From the NCBI GenBank assembly GCA_963823665.1, contig CAWGMQ010000011.1, forward strand, positions 1,024,001 to 1,088,000: a stretch of DNA of 64,000 bases, given 5' to 3'. Under the pieces are notes generated by a model. That model was not told the origin of the DNA. It saw only the letters and a list, made by a program, of their open reading frames with translations, and did not search any database. Both the position numbers and the translations under genes were made by a program. Shown here piece after piece: positions 41,199-53,199 of the stretch (position 1 is its first letter; each line of letters begins with the position of its first letter). This stretch comes from an uncultured Planctomycetota bacterium (lineage in GTDB: Bacteria > Planctomycetota > Planctomycetia > Isosphaerales > Isosphaeraceae).

Positions 41199-42577
41199 TC
41201 ATCCCGGGAGTGCGAAGCTCCCGCTCTTCCGCGGCGGCGCCAGGCTCCGCCCGGCGCCCTCCCTGCCGATTTCCCGCCCGCCGATCCAGCTCATACGGCT
41301 GAATCGGCAAACTGTAGTCGTCTTGCAAAAACAGATTCTTATGCAAATCCCCGTGCTGATTATGATCGCGCGGCGGGTGCAGAACTGACTGGTACAGACC
41401 ATCGAGACAGGGAAACCCCAGAAGCGCCACCAGAAACACTGCTCTCCCTATTCGGCAGAGCCCCGCGATCCGATCGCACACCCGGTATGCCCCCAGCCCG
41501 ATCAAGAGATAGAACGCCGGAACCAGCTCCAGGATCAAGCGCCCGTGAAACGGATATCGGCCCATTGCCGACGCAACCATCGCCAGTACGACCGGTACGA
41601 TGAACACGACGAAGCCCGGCCACGACCGCCGCGCCAGCGCCACCGTTCCGATGAAGAACACCAGGAGCGGCAATAGCACGCCCGTCCAGCGCGGATGGAC
41701 CATATTGAGCGGATTGACAAATACCTCGAGCAGAATTCCCACTGTTTTCAAAGTCCTGAGCATGGACATCGGCAGCGGCCAGATCGGCAAAAAAGCAAAA
41801 TCCCAGAACTGGTACATCGACGTATGTGTGCTGAGCATGGCATGTGAATACTTATAAGCCGCGATGAAGCTCAAGCCCCACGCCATCCCCACCATGCACC
41901 AGAGGGCCGCATCACGCAGTCGCCCGGAGACGAGACAGCGCGAGATCAGGGCCATTCCGCAGCCCGCAATGATGAACACTGCGGGAAAGGAGAACCACGG
42001 CGAAGCGACCGCAAGGATTGCCATCCCGCAGCAAGTCCGGCCCGTGATCGGCCGGCCGATCGTATTCACCGTCGCGAGCGCCATTGCCACGGCAATCGCG
42101 ACGTCAAGCGAATACTGTTTCACCTCACTCGAATAATAGATCAAGTCGTCCGAAAGCGCAAACAGCGAGAGAGCCACGAGCGCCGCACCCCTGGGGAGAA
42201 CCTTGAGCGCCAGCGGCCGAAACAAGAAGAGCGCAAAGAGCCCGGCGAGCAGCGGGATCAATCGGCCGACCGGCCGGTAAACGCCGAACAGAGCTACAAG
42301 CGCTCGCTCCAGGATCATGAAGCCGAATGGGGCGAGCTGATCGGCCGAGTACTCACTCGAAAACGCGTAGATCGGCGACCCGGCGATGTTCCCCCACAAC
42401 GATCGTTCATCAAAGCAGAAACCGTGGTTCCTCGCATAGACGAAGAGACGCAGACAGCCGCCGAGCCCGACCAGCAGCAGCTCAGGGTGGTCTTTCAGCC
42501 AGACCCAGCCGCGTGCGAACTCCTGATCGATCGATCGCGAGAACAAAGTCGTGCCGCGCTGCGAGTACCTTGCCCAT
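41199..42577 (-). CDS. Multi-pass membrane glycosyltransferase (GT-C/PMT-like), frameshifted near both ends
   Basis: DE motif in the first loop (CFDERSL), YSSEVKQYS, YPFHGRL and many TM helices. The 840-aa ORF reads through antisense to the neighbouring gene. Confidence 0.7.
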
Positions 42578-42670
42578 TCCCGTCAATCCCGAATGCAGCG
42601 GCCGCCGTGTACAAGGGCTGATTCGCACTGCGCACGCCACGTGGCTCGCGGCACAGGCGACACGCACATT

Positions 42671-43603
42671 TCAAGCCGCGCCGCTTCTCGCCTGGGCGTC
42701 GACCTCACGCATCGCCTTGAACGCGGCCATCGGATCGCCCTTGGGGCTCATCTCCATGCCGATCTCGCCGGTATAGCCAACGTCGTGGATCGTCCGCAGC
42801 ACAAACGCGTAGTTGATTTCCCCCGTCGTAGGCTCATGGCGGCCGGGGTGGTCGGCAAGCTGGTAATAGCCAATCAAATCATGATATTTACGAATGTTGC
42901 CCGACAGGTTACCCTCGCTGATCTGCTGGTGGTAGATGTCGAAGAGCATCTTGACGTTCGGTGAGCCCACCGCCTTGAGTATGCTCGCCGCATGCGCCGA
43001 ATGGACGACGAGCTGCCGCGGGTGATCCACCAGCACGTTCAGCGGCTCGAGGATGATGGTGATGCCCTCCGGCTCGAGGATCTTGGCACCCGACTTGAGC
43101 GCCGTTACCACGGCCTGAGTTTGCTCGTCGCGGGATGCGCCAGCGGTCTCTTCGCCGGCCACGACGCAGATCTTTTTGACCCCCAGTTTCTTGGCGACCG
43201 GCACCGCGCTGCGAATTTCTTCCTCGAATTCCTCGCGCCGCGCCGGGTCGGGATTGGTGATGCCGTGTCCGAACCCCTTGACCGGCGACGCCGAGAACTG
43301 AGCTGGAACGAGCCCGAGCTCCCGGTTGAGCGACACGATCGCATCGATATCCTTGTTCCGCCACGGCCAGAACTCGTAGTGCGAGAACCCAGCCTCCTTC
43401 ACCTTGCGCAGTCGATCGAGGAACGGCAGCCTGCCCCAGGTCATCTCGACGTTGACCGCGTAGGTCAGCCAGGTCCCGTCAGGATTCGTGTCGGAATTCT
43501 CCGGCGCGGCGAGCAGCGGGCGAGCGCCGGCGGCCAGTTGCGACGAAACGGCACCCGCACTCGCAAAGGCGCCCATTGCGAGGATCTTGCGGCGGCTAAG
43601 CAT
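42671..43603 (-). CDS. Hydroxypyruvate-isomerase-like TIM-barrel protein with Tat signal
   Basis: SRRKIL twin-arginine; ILEPLN, FDIYHQQISEG and ADHPGRHEP. Confidence 0.88.
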   Translation of the reverse strand: MLSRRKILAMGAFASAGAVSSQLAAGARPLLAAPENSDTNPDGTWLTYAVNVEMTWGRLPFLDRLRKVKEAGFSHYEFWPWRNKDIDAIVSLNRELGLVPAQFSASPVKGFGHGITNPDPARREEFEEEIRSAVPVAKKLGVKKICVVAGEETAGASRDEQTQAVVTALKSGAKILEPEGITIILEPLNVLVDHPRQLVVHSAHAASILKAVGSPNVKMLFDIYHQQISEGNLSGNIRKYHDLIGYYQLADHPGRHEPTTGEINYAFVLRTIHDVGYTGEIGMEMSPKGDPMAAFKAMREVDAQARSGAA

Positions 43604-43765
43604 GGTGTTCTCCTCGATTGGTGACTCAAACCACGGCCTGGCGAAACAGTCCGGCTACTCGCGCGCACTCGAGCGCAAACCGCCGGCCACTCCGTCCGCT
43701 CGGGCGGATATCCTAACACACCGGCTCGCGGTATGCTGGTGTTTTCCCTTCTGGGAGGTCCCCGC

Positions 43766-44429
43766 TTGCTCATCACCTGGTACGGCCACGCGGCATTCCT
43801 GATCGAAACCGAGGGCTCGCGGATCATCCTCGACCCGTATCGATCTCCGGACTCTGGCGGCTACGAGCCGATTGCCGAGCCCGCGGATCTCGTCGTCGTG
43901 AGCCACGAAAACGACCGCTATCACAGCCATCTCGGCCAGATCGTGCCTCCGTTTGAGACCATGCGGGCTCTCGAGCTGCCGCGAGAAGGCTGGGTCTTTC
44001 GCGGCATCAGGTTTCAGGCGATCCACGTTTTCGAGACGCCCGCGCGGCTTGCCCGAAGACGAAGTGACCATCGTTTATTTCTGCGCCGAGGGATCTGCAC
44101 CTCGTCTTCCTGGGCGACCTGGGTCACACGCTCTCGAAATCCGAGGTGGCCCAGATCCGCGGCGCCGACATCGTGCTGGCCGCCGCCGGCGGCCCACCCA
44201 CGATCGCTCTGGCCGATCTGCCGCCGCTCTTGCATGACATCGGGGCCCGCGTCGTGATTCCGATGCACTTCAAGACTCCCAGGATCAACCTGAAGATTGC
44301 ACCGCTCGAAGAATTCCTGGCCGTCATGGCCAGCACCCCGTCGAACGCGCCGGAGCAACGTCGATCGAGATCACGCGCGACTCGCTCCCCCGGAACCAGA
44401 CGATCGTCATCCTCGAGCACGCCCGTTAA
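43766..44429 (+). CDS. Metallo-beta-lactamase-fold hydrolase, frameshifted
   Basis: ITWYGHAAFLIE, ILDPY, SHENDRYH, then LGDLGH and VIPMHFKT in the next frame. Confidence 0.8.
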
Positions 44430-44471
44430 CGCGTTCCGGGCGCCCTGGTCGACGACCTCGGCCCGCCGGAA

Positions 44472-45479
44472 ATGGGAGACCAGGCATATTTCAATACCGT
44501 TCCCCGCTCGGATATGGTCCCCGCGCTCGAGCCACGATTCAGTTCCCGCTCGATCTTCCACGGCAAGGGCTCTTTCAGCGATCGCCAGCTCGGCAGCCTG
44601 GACGGCGCTGGAGTCGTGCACTTCGGTGGCCACGGACATCCCGATCGGATTGATGACGGTCTCACCGCGTCTCAGATTCCGAAGCTCACGCTGGCCCCAT
44701 GCATCGTGTTCAACGGCGCTTGCTTCACCGGGGTAACCGGCCGCTGGTATGACCGGATCGGTACCGAGGTCGCTGGCAAGGTGGTTGCCCCGGATGAGAG
44801 TTTTTGCCTGAAGATGCTCGACAGCAATGCGATCGCCTATCTCGCGGCCCTGCATCCCGACCACGGAATGCCGGTGTACCAGGAGATGGAGTATCTCTCC
44901 TATCGCGGCGGCTCCGTTGGTGATGTGATCAAGAGTACTTATGATGGCATCGTCGTCGCGGCCGGCGGCAAGATGCCAGAGTTCGAGCAACTGAGGGCCG
45001 GCATGGCGCCGCCCCGGTGGCGACCCGCCGATTTCATGCTCAAGGGCACTGCCGCGCGGGTTCTTTTCGGCGACCCGGCACTGGTCCCATGCGACGCCTT
45101 CGCCCCCGCGCCGTTCACGATTATCGCGCAAGAGAAAGGCGATGAGATTCGGGTGACTGCGACACTCGCTAGCATTTCCCTGAAGACGAGTCTCACCGAC
45201 ACCTACTGGAACGACCTCAATTCACGAGCGCCCTTCAATGACCGCGCCTTGATCGTCATCGATCTTCCTCCAAGCTGGGCGTCGATCGAAAAGATCGAGC
45301 CGGTACTCGTGAAAGCCGCCGGCGTCACGCTGCCGCATCGCATCATGGGCAATGCGATCGAGATCGATCAGGAAAAACACCGGTTGCACGTGCAGGTGGA
45401 CGTGCCGGCGACCGGGTTTCAACAGTCGAAGTTCCGCGTTGCAGGCGCGACTGTGGAGCTCGTGGTGCATCGGGGATGA
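44472..45479 (+). CDS. Caspase-hemoglobinase-fold (peptidase C25-like) protein, possibly N-terminally truncated
   Basis: VVHFGGHG, IVFNGACFTG and LFGDPAL motifs. Confidence 0.6.
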   Translation: MGDQAYFNTVPRSDMVPALEPRFSSRSIFHGKGSFSDRQLGSLDGAGVVHFGGHGHPDRIDDGLTASQIPKLTLAPCIVFNGACFTGVTGRWYDRIGTEVAGKVVAPDESFCLKMLDSNAIAYLAALHPDHGMPVYQEMEYLSYRGGSVGDVIKSTYDGIVVAAGGKMPEFEQLRAGMAPPRWRPADFMLKGTAARVLFGDPALVPCDAFAPAPFTIIAQEKGDEIRVTATLASISLKTSLTDTYWNDLNSRAPFNDRALIVIDLPPSWASIEKIEPVLVKAAGVTLPHRIMGNAIEIDQEKHRLHVQVDVPATGFQQSKFRVAGATVELVVHRG

Positions 45480-45487
45480 CCCGGAAT

Positions 45488-46649
45488 CTACAACTCCCGC
45501 AGCGCACTGATCACATCGAGCCGCACCGCGCGAACCGCCGGAAGCATGCCGCCGAAGAGCCCCATCACGAGCGTCATGATCAGGGCAACGCCCATCACCA
45601 GCGGCCCGAACCGGAATGACACCGTCACCGAGGCAAAGCTGTTGAAATCGCTCGTTTCATAGGTCAGTGCATTGAGCGGCAGCGTCGCCAGCAGCCCCGC
45701 GGCCCCGCCCAGGGCACAGAGCAAGATCGACTCGCCCAAGAAACTGATCAAAACGTCAAATTGTGAAAACCCAAGCGCCCGCATCGTACCGATCTCGCGA
45801 GTGCGGGTGGCCACCGCGGCAAACATCGTGTTCGCCGACGCAAACATGGCACCAAATGTGAGGAGCACCGCGATCAGCGTGCCCGCTCCCTTCAAGAAGA
45901 GACTCGAGCTGGTCTGGGTCTCGAAATACGTCGATTCGGGTATCGCCGCCAGCTTGAAGCGTTCATCCTTGTCGATCGTTTCGATGAGCTTGGTGCGTTC
46001 AGCGGGCCCCTGCGCCGGAGTTGCACGCACGAGACCGAGCCGTCGCGCCCGTGTTTCTCACCACGTCGTCGAAATCGGCCCACACCTCGCTCTCGGCCGC
46101 GCTGCCTCCGGCGGTGAAGATCCCCACAACCGTGTATTTTTCCTTTGGCCCGAAATCCAGGGTGCCGCCGACCTGTGCGCCCTTGAACCGCGCCGACATC
46201 TTCTGGCTGACGATGCATTCTTCCTTGCCGGTCTGGAAATCCCGGCCGGCGATGATCTTGAATTGGGGACGCAGAGCCCGCGACGCCGGCTGCACCCCGC
46301 GCACGATGATGTTCGTGGTCGTCCCGTTCTGGCGCTGGGCGATCGGGATGTTCAGCAGTTCCTCAGCGGCGATCGGATTGCCGTCCTTGTCCTTCTCAAT
46401 CCCTGGCAAGACCAGCAGATCGTCGGCCTTCGAGGTCTCGAAGCCGCCCGTGGTCTCTGTCACCGAGCCCTTGCGCATCACGATCAAGTCAAGCGGGTCG
46501 CCCGAGATCTTCAGGCTGTGCTCGAGCCCTTCCACCAGACCGAACAGGATGCACGACGACCAGACGACCAGCCCCGTCCCCAGCGTGGTCATCACCGTCG
46601 TCTTCCAGCGCACCTGCAGGTTGCGAACGTTGTATTTGAGCGGGATCAT
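45488..46649 (-). CDS. ABC transporter permease (MacB/FtsX family), frameshifted near 46020
   Basis: YNVRNL..R...T and NTMFAAVATRTREIGTMRALGF. Confidence 0.88.
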
Positions 46650-46655
46650 GGCAGC

Positions 46656-47852
46656 TCAGATCACCCTCCGTAGACCATCGATCACGTGAAGATTCGCTGC
46701 CCGCACGGCCGGGTAGAAGCCGCTCGCCAGCCCGACGAGCAGCGAGATCGCCAGGCCCTGAAGCGCAATGTTCCACGGCACGTAGTAGAAAGGCAGAAAG
46801 CCGCCGGAGTACTTGGATAAATCAACGACATCGCAGAACGCCTTCGATCCCAGCGCCCCGAGCACCCCCCCTGCCCCCGCCACCAGCACGGCCTCGGTCA
46901 AGACCATGAAGAGGATCAGCGGGCGGGTGAAGCCGATCGCCTTGAGCACGGCGACTTCGCTCGTCCGCTCGCGCATCGACATCGCCATCGAATTGGCCGC
47001 GACACAGAGCAGGGAGAAAATCACGGCCAGGCTGATCACGCGAATCATCCCCCTCATGTCGCCCAGCATTTCCTCGAACATCTTGCCGAACGCTTCTTCC
47101 GTCTGCGTTCGCGTCGGAAACTCGCTGTTGCGGTACATGTCGTCGATCTGCTTGCAAAGCGGCGCCATCTCGTTGGCCGAATTGCACCGAATGAAGATCA
47201 TGCCCGCGTTCCCCGAAACGCGCGCGCTCGCCGGACGCAGCGCGCCGCCGGAGCTGAAGACCGCCTTCTTGAGCAGCTCGTCGAAGTAGTCCCAGCGCAG
47301 CAGGCACATCCGCAGGTCGCGATTCGACGGCCCGTCGTAAATCGCCCGGATCGTCAGATTCAAGTCAACCGGGTAGGTCGCCCTCGCAATCGGCAGAGTA
47401 TCGCCAACGGAAAGCTTCTCCTCATCGGCCAGTTTTCTGCCGATCGCGCAGCCGTCCATGTTTTCCTGGAATGCTTTGAGCTCTGCCTCCGGCACCGTGA
47501 ACTCGCTCATGACGGTGAAGATCGTCTTGGGGTCGATCGCAAACTGCGCAAACGGCATCGGCCGATCTTTATATTTGCCGCCGACCCAGTTAAAAGGCGT
47601 GACGGCAAGCACTCCGTCCAGCTCGGCGATCTCGTTCACCCGCGCGATCGGGATCATCCCGGCGAAGCCGTTGGCGTTGAGCGCGGCGATCCGGTTGTAG
47701 ATCCTTGTCGAGGAATTGGCCTCGTCGCTGATCGCGAAGAACGAGAGCAGGATCATCATCAAGCAGAGGCAGATCGCCGTCGAGGCGATCGTCAAGAGCG
47801 ATCGCACCGGATTGCGCCGGGCGTTGCGAAAGATGTAGGTGAAGTACTTCAT
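46656..47852 (-). CDS. ABC transporter permease (MacB/FtsX family)
   Basis: [13 protein letters not shown] and [14 protein letters not shown]. Confidence 0.92.
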   Translation of the reverse strand: MKYFTYIFRNARRNPVRSLLTIASTAICLCLMMILLSFFAISDEANSSTRIYNRIAALNANGFAGMIPIARVNEIAELDGVLAVTPFNWVGGKYKDRPMPFAQFAIDPKTIFTVMSEFTVPEAELKAFQENMDGCAIGRKLADEEKLSVGDTLPIARATYPVDLNLTIRAIYDGPSNRDLRMCLLRWDYFDELLKKAVFSSGGALRPASARVSGNAGMIFIRCNSANEMAPLCKQIDDMYRNSEFPTRTQTEEAFGKMFEEMLGDMRGMIRVISLAVIFSLLCVAANSMAMSMRERTSEVAVLKAIGFTRPLILFMVLTEAVLVAGAGGVLGALGSKAFCDVVDLSKYSGGFLPFYYVPWNIALQGLAISLLVGLASGFYPAVRAANLHVIDGLRRVI

Positions 47853-48565
47853 TTGGCCGTCGGCACCTGGCCCTCCGGAATCACCTCGTCAACCAGCCGG
47901 CCCTTGTCAAGATGCAGCGTCATGCTGGCACGCTGCGCGGCCAGCGGGTCGTGCGTCACCATCACGATCGTCTTCCGGAACTCGCGATTGAGCTGCACCA
48001 GTAGCTCGAGGATCTCGCTGCCGGTGGCGCGGTCAAGATCGCCGGTCGGCTCGTCCGCTACCAGAAGGTAAGGGTCGGTGACAATCGCTCTCGCAATCGC
48101 CACCCGCTGCTCCTGACCGCCGGAAAGCTGCCGCGGATAATGATGCTCGCGGCCGGTGAGCCCGACGATCCGAAGCGCTGTCGCCACATTTTCACGCCGC
48201 TTGCGCCGGGAAAGGTGCGTCAGCAACAGCGGCAGCTCGACGTTCTCGAGCGCCGTCAGCACGGGGATAAGATTATAAGTCTGAAAAATGAAGCCGACGT
48301 TGTTGGCCCGCCAGCGGGTGATCTCGCTCTCGGAGAGCTCGCCCAAGTCCTGCCCGTGCACGATCACCTCACCGGCCGTCGCGCGATCGAGCCCGGCAAT
48401 CAAGTTGAGAAGCGTGGTCTTGCCCGATCCCGACGGGCCCATGAGCGCCAGGAACTCGCCTTCCTCGATCGTCAAATCGAGGTCGGTCAGCACCGGGATG
48501 CGAAACGCGTCGCGGTGGTATTCCTTGTCCACCCCGCGCAAAACAATCGAAGGCATTTCCGCCAT
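47849..48565 (-). CDS. ABC transporter ATP-binding protein (MacB/LolD-like)
   Basis: [22 protein letters not shown] and VTHD. Confidence 0.95.
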   Translation of the reverse strand: MAEMPSIVLRGVDKEYHRDAFRIPVLTDLDLTIEEGEFLALMGPSGSGKTTLLNLIAGLDRATAGEVIVHGQDLGELSESEITRWRANNVGFIFQTYNLIPVLTALENVELPLLLTHLSRRKRRENVATALRIVGLTGREHHYPRQLSGGQEQRVAIARAIVTDPYLLVADEPTGDLDRATGSEILELLVQLNREFRKTIVMVTHDPLAAQRASMTLHLDKGRLVDEVIPEGQVPTAK

Positions 48566-48591
48566 GGAGCCCCAACCCTTTGTTCTCGATC

Positions 48592-49879
48592 CTATTCCTT
48601 GACCCTCACCTTATCGTAATCTCGCAACGTTTTGGGTGGGTTCAAGACAACCGAGTCGTCGAGCTTGAGCCCCGACTCGACCCGCGCCAGGTCTTCGGTG
48701 CTATTCGCAATCTGGACCTCGTTCTTGCGCACGATGTTGTCCTTTTGAACCAACCAGACGTAATCGTGGCCGCTGTCGTTGAACACCGCTGCCTTGTTCA
48801 CGAACAGAAACGTCTTGCTGGCAGCCGGACTGTTGGCTGACTCACTGGGCAGGAAATAAACCTTCGCGGCGAGCTCGGGGAACAGGTTGTCGTCGGGATC
48901 GAGGATCTCCACTTTCACCTTGAGCGTCTTGCGAGTTCGGTCGCTCATCGGCAAGACCTGGCGCAGCCGGCCGCGGTATCGCTTCGACGGAATCGCCGAG
49001 ACCGAAACCGACGCCGGCTGGCCGAGCGCAATCCGCCACAAGTGCCCCTCCGAAATATCCGTCTCGACGTCCATGTGCCTCAAGTCGGCAATCGTCACGA
49101 CGGCCGACCGGCCCAGCGACGAGCTCATCGACGTGGGCGAGATGATCTCTCCGACCTCGCCCTGCTTCTCGACGACCGTTCCGTCAAACGGAGCATACAG
49201 GTGCATCGTGAAGATCGTCGCCTTGATCTCGTCGGTATTCGACTTCACGAGCTTGACAGCCGCTTCGAGCGCAGCCACTCGGGCCGTCGCTTTCTTGTGC
49301 TCGGCCTGCGCTTTCTCGTATTCCTCGGCGGTTGCCTTCTTCTGGTTGTAAAGCCGGGTTACCCGGTAGTCTTCCCGCTCCTTGGCCCAGAGATCGGCCC
49401 GTTCTTCGTCGAGCTCGGCCGCCGTCCGCTCCGCCTGCGCTTGCCGCGAAGCCAGCATCGCCTTCAAATCGTTGTGCTCGATGACGGCGAGCGTATCCCC
49501 CTTCTTGACCTTGTCGCCTTCGATCACCCGCATCTCCTCGACTCTGCCGGCGATCTTGGTGCCGATTGTCGCCTGATACCGCGACTTCAAGTAACCCGTC
49601 GCATCGAGCAGCGTCGATGCCTCCGCCCAGGTCTTCGCCGAGACGCGCGCAGATTGTCACCTCCGCACGCGATCGCATCTGGTCATACTGGCGATATCCG
49701 TACACGCCCGCGGCGCCCAAAAGTCCGAGCGGAAGCATCCACAGCATCCACGAGATCAGCCGCAGTACCCCGCCGCCCCGGCGCGGCGATGGCTTGCCAC
49801 GACCGTTCCGAGCGGCTTTGATCGAGTTGGGACGATCGATCTTGAGCGACGCAAGTTCTTCCCGTAGCGTACTCGCCAT
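48592..49879 (-). CDS. Efflux periplasmic adaptor (MacA-like), frameshifted near 49620
   Basis: [18 protein letters not shown] helix, KIAGRV...GDKVKKGD and APFDGTV. Confidence 0.88.
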
Positions 49880-50042
49880 GTCCACCTCAAACCCGAACGG
49901 CTCAGTCCAGGTTAACTCATGCGAATCGATTGCAGACTCGACGGGTTGCCTGCAAGAACAGAATGTGAACGGTACTCTGTGAAAATTATAACGAAGTCGG
50001 TTTGAAGCGTCGAGTCGAGTGAAAGGGAAAGGGAAAACGATC

Positions 50043-51064
50043 ATGCTGGTCGTGATGAAGAGCCAGTCGAGCCCTGAAGAGATCGAGGCCGTGCTGGAAT
50101 CGATCCGGAGAATGGGGCTGACGCCGCACCCGATGCCCGGCGCCACCCGCACCGCGATCGGAATCACCGGAAACACGGGCGCCGTTGATCCCCGCACGAT
50201 CGAGGTCTTGCCCGGCGTCCACGAGCTGCTCCGCGTCACCAAGCCGTACAAGCTCGCCAGCCGCGAGATGCGCGGCCACGACACGATCGTGCGCACGGAT
50301 CACGGCACCTTCGGCGGGAGCACGTTTACGATCATTGCCGGCCCGTGCTCGGTCGAGGACGAGGCGACGCTACTCCGCACGGCCGAGTGGCTGATGGCCC
50401 ACGGCATCCGTTTCCTGCGCGCGGCGCGTTCAAGCCGCGCACCAGCCCCTACGCCTTTCAAGGTCTGGGGCTCGAGGGCCTCGAAATCCTGCAGCGAGCA
50501 CGGCAGAAAACCGGGATCGCCGTCGTCACCGAGCTCATGGACACCGAAAACGCCGACGCGGTCGAGGCTGTCGCCGATATCATTCAAATCGGCGCCCGCA
50601 ACATGCAGAACTTCAGCTTGCTGCGGCGGGTTGCGCGTGCGCGGCAGCCGGTGGTCCTCAAGCGCGGGATGTCGGCGACGCTCGAGGAATGGCTGATGTC
50701 CGCCGAATACTTGCTTTCCGGCGGGAATTACAACGTCATTCTGTGTGAGCGCGGCGTGCGAACGTTCTCGGACCACAGCCGCAACACGCTGGACCTCTCG
50801 GTGATCCCGCCGGCCAAGGCACTCTCGCACTTGCCGATTCTGGTCGACCCCAGCCACGGCACCGGCAAGCGCGACTACGTACCACCGATGGCCCTGGCCG
50901 CTCTGGCCTCCGGTGCCGACGGCCTGCTGATCGAAGTTCATCCGAGCCCCGATCGGGCCCTCTCCGACGGCGCTCAATCCCTCGATTTCGATCGTTTCGA
51001 GCAGCTCCTTCTGCAGCTTCGCAAGCTCGCTGAACCCCTGGGCCGCACCTGTGAGTTCGGCTGA
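50043..51064 (+). CDS. aroF: DAHP synthase type I-beta with N-terminal regulatory domain, frameshifted near 50420
   Basis: [33 protein letters not shown] and DPSHG. Confidence 0.92.
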
Positions 51065-51083
51065 TCGGCCACAACGATCTTCT

Positions 51084-51228
51084 GTAGTAGGCACACTCCG
51101 TGTGCCGTAACCGGAAACATCGACGCATGCTGTCGAGCGAGTAGGACTCTCGCGTGGAATGTGGCTCGTCGGTCACGAACGCTTCGTCCGCGCAAATTGG
51201 CGGGCGGCACACGGAGTGTGCCTGCTAC
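51084..51228. repeat. Inverted REP doublet (REPIN-like)
   Basis: GTAGTAGGCACACTCCGTGTGCCG at 51084..51107 and an inverted copy at 51205..51228. Confidence 0.88.
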
Positions 51229-51358
51229 ATCGAGCCAACGGAATGTTGCCACACAATTCGGCCAACCGCTCTGGCACTTACCTACGACTTTTGTCACAAT
51301 CTGCCTGGCAGTGCAAACTCGGATCACGTCGTTCCTGTTCCCCCGAGGGGCCTGCAAA

Positions 51359-51871
51359 ATGAACAACGAGGAATATCTCGCGCAAGTCACGATCCCGGTC
51401 CCCTGCCCTCAGGAATGGCGGCGGATGCGCGGCGACGGGCGTACGCGCCATTGCGACCTCTGCGGCAAGAACGTGCACAACCTGGCGGCCATGACCGCGG
51501 ATGAGGTCGTCGCACTCATCAAGAAGAGTGACGGCCCCGAGATTTGCGGGCTCGTCACGCGACGACCCGACGGGGCGCTTCTCACTTCCGATCGCCAACC
51601 GAGGCTATCCCGCCTCTCGAACCCCTGGCAGTTCAAGATTGGCGGTCTGATGGCTTTCATCGCGTGCCTGGCGCCCTTGTTCGGGATGATCCGTTTCCTC
51701 ACAAACTCGCCGGTGAGGTTCGCCGGCGCAATCCGAGTGCGGTCGGCGTATTCCGGCAGTGCAGCGCAATGCTCCGACACCGACCCGGACGAAGTACTCG
51801 ACCCCGAAGCGTGCCTAGACTCGCCCCCAACCACCGACCCAACCCCTTCGCCGTCAGGATCGCACCCATGA
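51359..51871 (+). CDS. Membrane protein with N-terminal Cys4 domain (paralogue 1)
   Basis: IPVPCPQEW..M.GD...RHCDLCGKNV...ICG, then WQFKIGGLM plus a TM helix. Confidence 0.8.
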   Translation: MNNEEYLAQVTIPVPCPQEWRRMRGDGRTRHCDLCGKNVHNLAAMTADEVVALIKKSDGPEICGLVTRRPDGALLTSDRQPRLSRLSNPWQFKIGGLMAFIACLAPLFGMIRFLTNSPVRFAGAIRVRSAYSGSAAQCSDTDPDEVLDPEACLDSPPTTDPTPSPSGSHP

Positions 51872-53079
51872 AGCGCACCCTCACGGTGCTCGCCCTGCTC
51901 CTGGGTTTCCCCCTCACCGTCGCCGCTTGTCTCTGGGACCGTGACACGCCGTCGGATGAGGCCAAGGGATTGCCCGAGGTTGTCGCGGTGCTCACGGGTC
52001 GGTTTCCCAGAAACCCGCCGCTTTACTATCGGATGCGGCTCGATCGCGTCACTACCCACTTGAAAACCCAACCCGACGACCTGGCCGACTACGACGATGC
52101 CGGTGTCGCCTGCGACCGCCTCGGCCGCGGCGACGAGGCGATCGCGTGGATGGATAAAAAGAAGCAAGCGCTCGATCGGCTCGACCCGAAATCGCCCGAT
52201 TTCAAAGAACACCTCTACCGCTATCATGCCAATCTGGGGACGTTCCTCGTGCATCGCTGGGTGCGGGGCGGTGGCGATCGAACCAAACTCGACGACGTCA
52301 GGCGCTCGCGCGAGGAGATCGCCGCGGCGATTGCGATCAATCCGAACGCCCATTTCGGCCGGGAGAAATACCAGTTGAAGGTGATCGAGTGGATTATCGA
52401 CCCGCCGACCTCCTCAGGCGATCAGTATTTGCCCAGTCTGCTGGGATTGACCCCGAACCCGATCGGGGAGATGGAGGATCCGAAAACGGCCGATGACGCT
52501 GTTCGCGGCCTGGCGGGCTTGGTCGTGCTCGGCAATGCTTGGGAAAGCGTCGACATCTTCCATGCGTTGAATGTCGCCTTGCAGCACGACACGCTCGGCT
52601 TCAAGCAAGACCGCGATGGCGGGCGAAATTCGCTAGCCTACCTGGCCTGGCTGCGCTGCCGCGAATTGATCGACGCTGGCAAAAACTCGATGTTGCCGGA
52701 TGCACCCAAGGGTGCAGCCCTGAAAGACCGCTTGCCGAGGCCAGACTTCGTGGAAAGCGACCGGTTGCTTGACCCGGCCTTTGCAAATCTTCGCGCTGAG
52801 GCTGACGCCTGGCAGGAAGCTCGTACGGCGTTCATGCTCGAGCGTCTGAACGCAGGCCGACATCCCGACACAGACCCTGAATTTTGGGGAGGTTACGTCG
52901 AATCGCCGCCGCCGAGTCTGCCAGCGAAGTCGGTTCCCGACTACTACCACGAGAGAATGAAGCTGCGCCAGCGGCTGTCTCTGCTGGTGCTCGCCGGCGT
53001 GCCGGCCGCTGCCCTCGCCTTCATCGCGGGCGGCGCACATCCTCCGCTCCCGGCGGCGCAAGGCGCGTCACGCCGGTGA
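51868..53079 (+). CDS. Exported helical (TPR-like) protein with C-terminal membrane anchor
   Basis: Signal peptide ending VAA-CLWDRDT, INPNAHFGRE, C-terminal hydrophobic stretch; ATGA-coupled to the upstream gene. Confidence 0.8.
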   Translation: MKRTLTVLALLLGFPLTVAACLWDRDTPSDEAKGLPEVVAVLTGRFPRNPPLYYRMRLDRVTTHLKTQPDDLADYDDAGVACDRLGRGDEAIAWMDKKKQALDRLDPKSPDFKEHLYRYHANLGTFLVHRWVRGGGDRTKLDDVRRSREEIAAAIAINPNAHFGREKYQLKVIEWIIDPPTSSGDQYLPSLLGLTPNPIGEMEDPKTADDAVRGLAGLVVLGNAWESVDIFHALNVALQHDTLGFKQDRDGGRNSLAYLAWLRCRELIDAGKNSMLPDAPKGAALKDRLPRPDFVESDRLLDPAFANLRAEADAWQEARTAFMLERLNAGRHPDTDPEFWGGYVESPPPSLPAKSVPDYYHERMKLRQRLSLLVLAGVPAAALAFIAGGAHPPLPAAQGASRR

Positions 53080-53199
53080 CCAACTCGCGTAGACTGTAGA
53101 CTTCGGCAATTTGCGACCTAAGATTGGCATGTCGAGTGCGTAAGGGTCTGGTCAGGTTTTCGTGCGACTGAGTAACCTGGCCCGCGCTCGAACGGGAGA

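Noticed and set aside
40024..42546. 840-aa minus-strand ORF as a single protein overlapping the Gfo/Idh/MocA gene
   Set aside because: Only the first 410 aa or so look like a membrane glycosyltransferase; the rest is antisense shadow reached through a probable frameshift near 41290.
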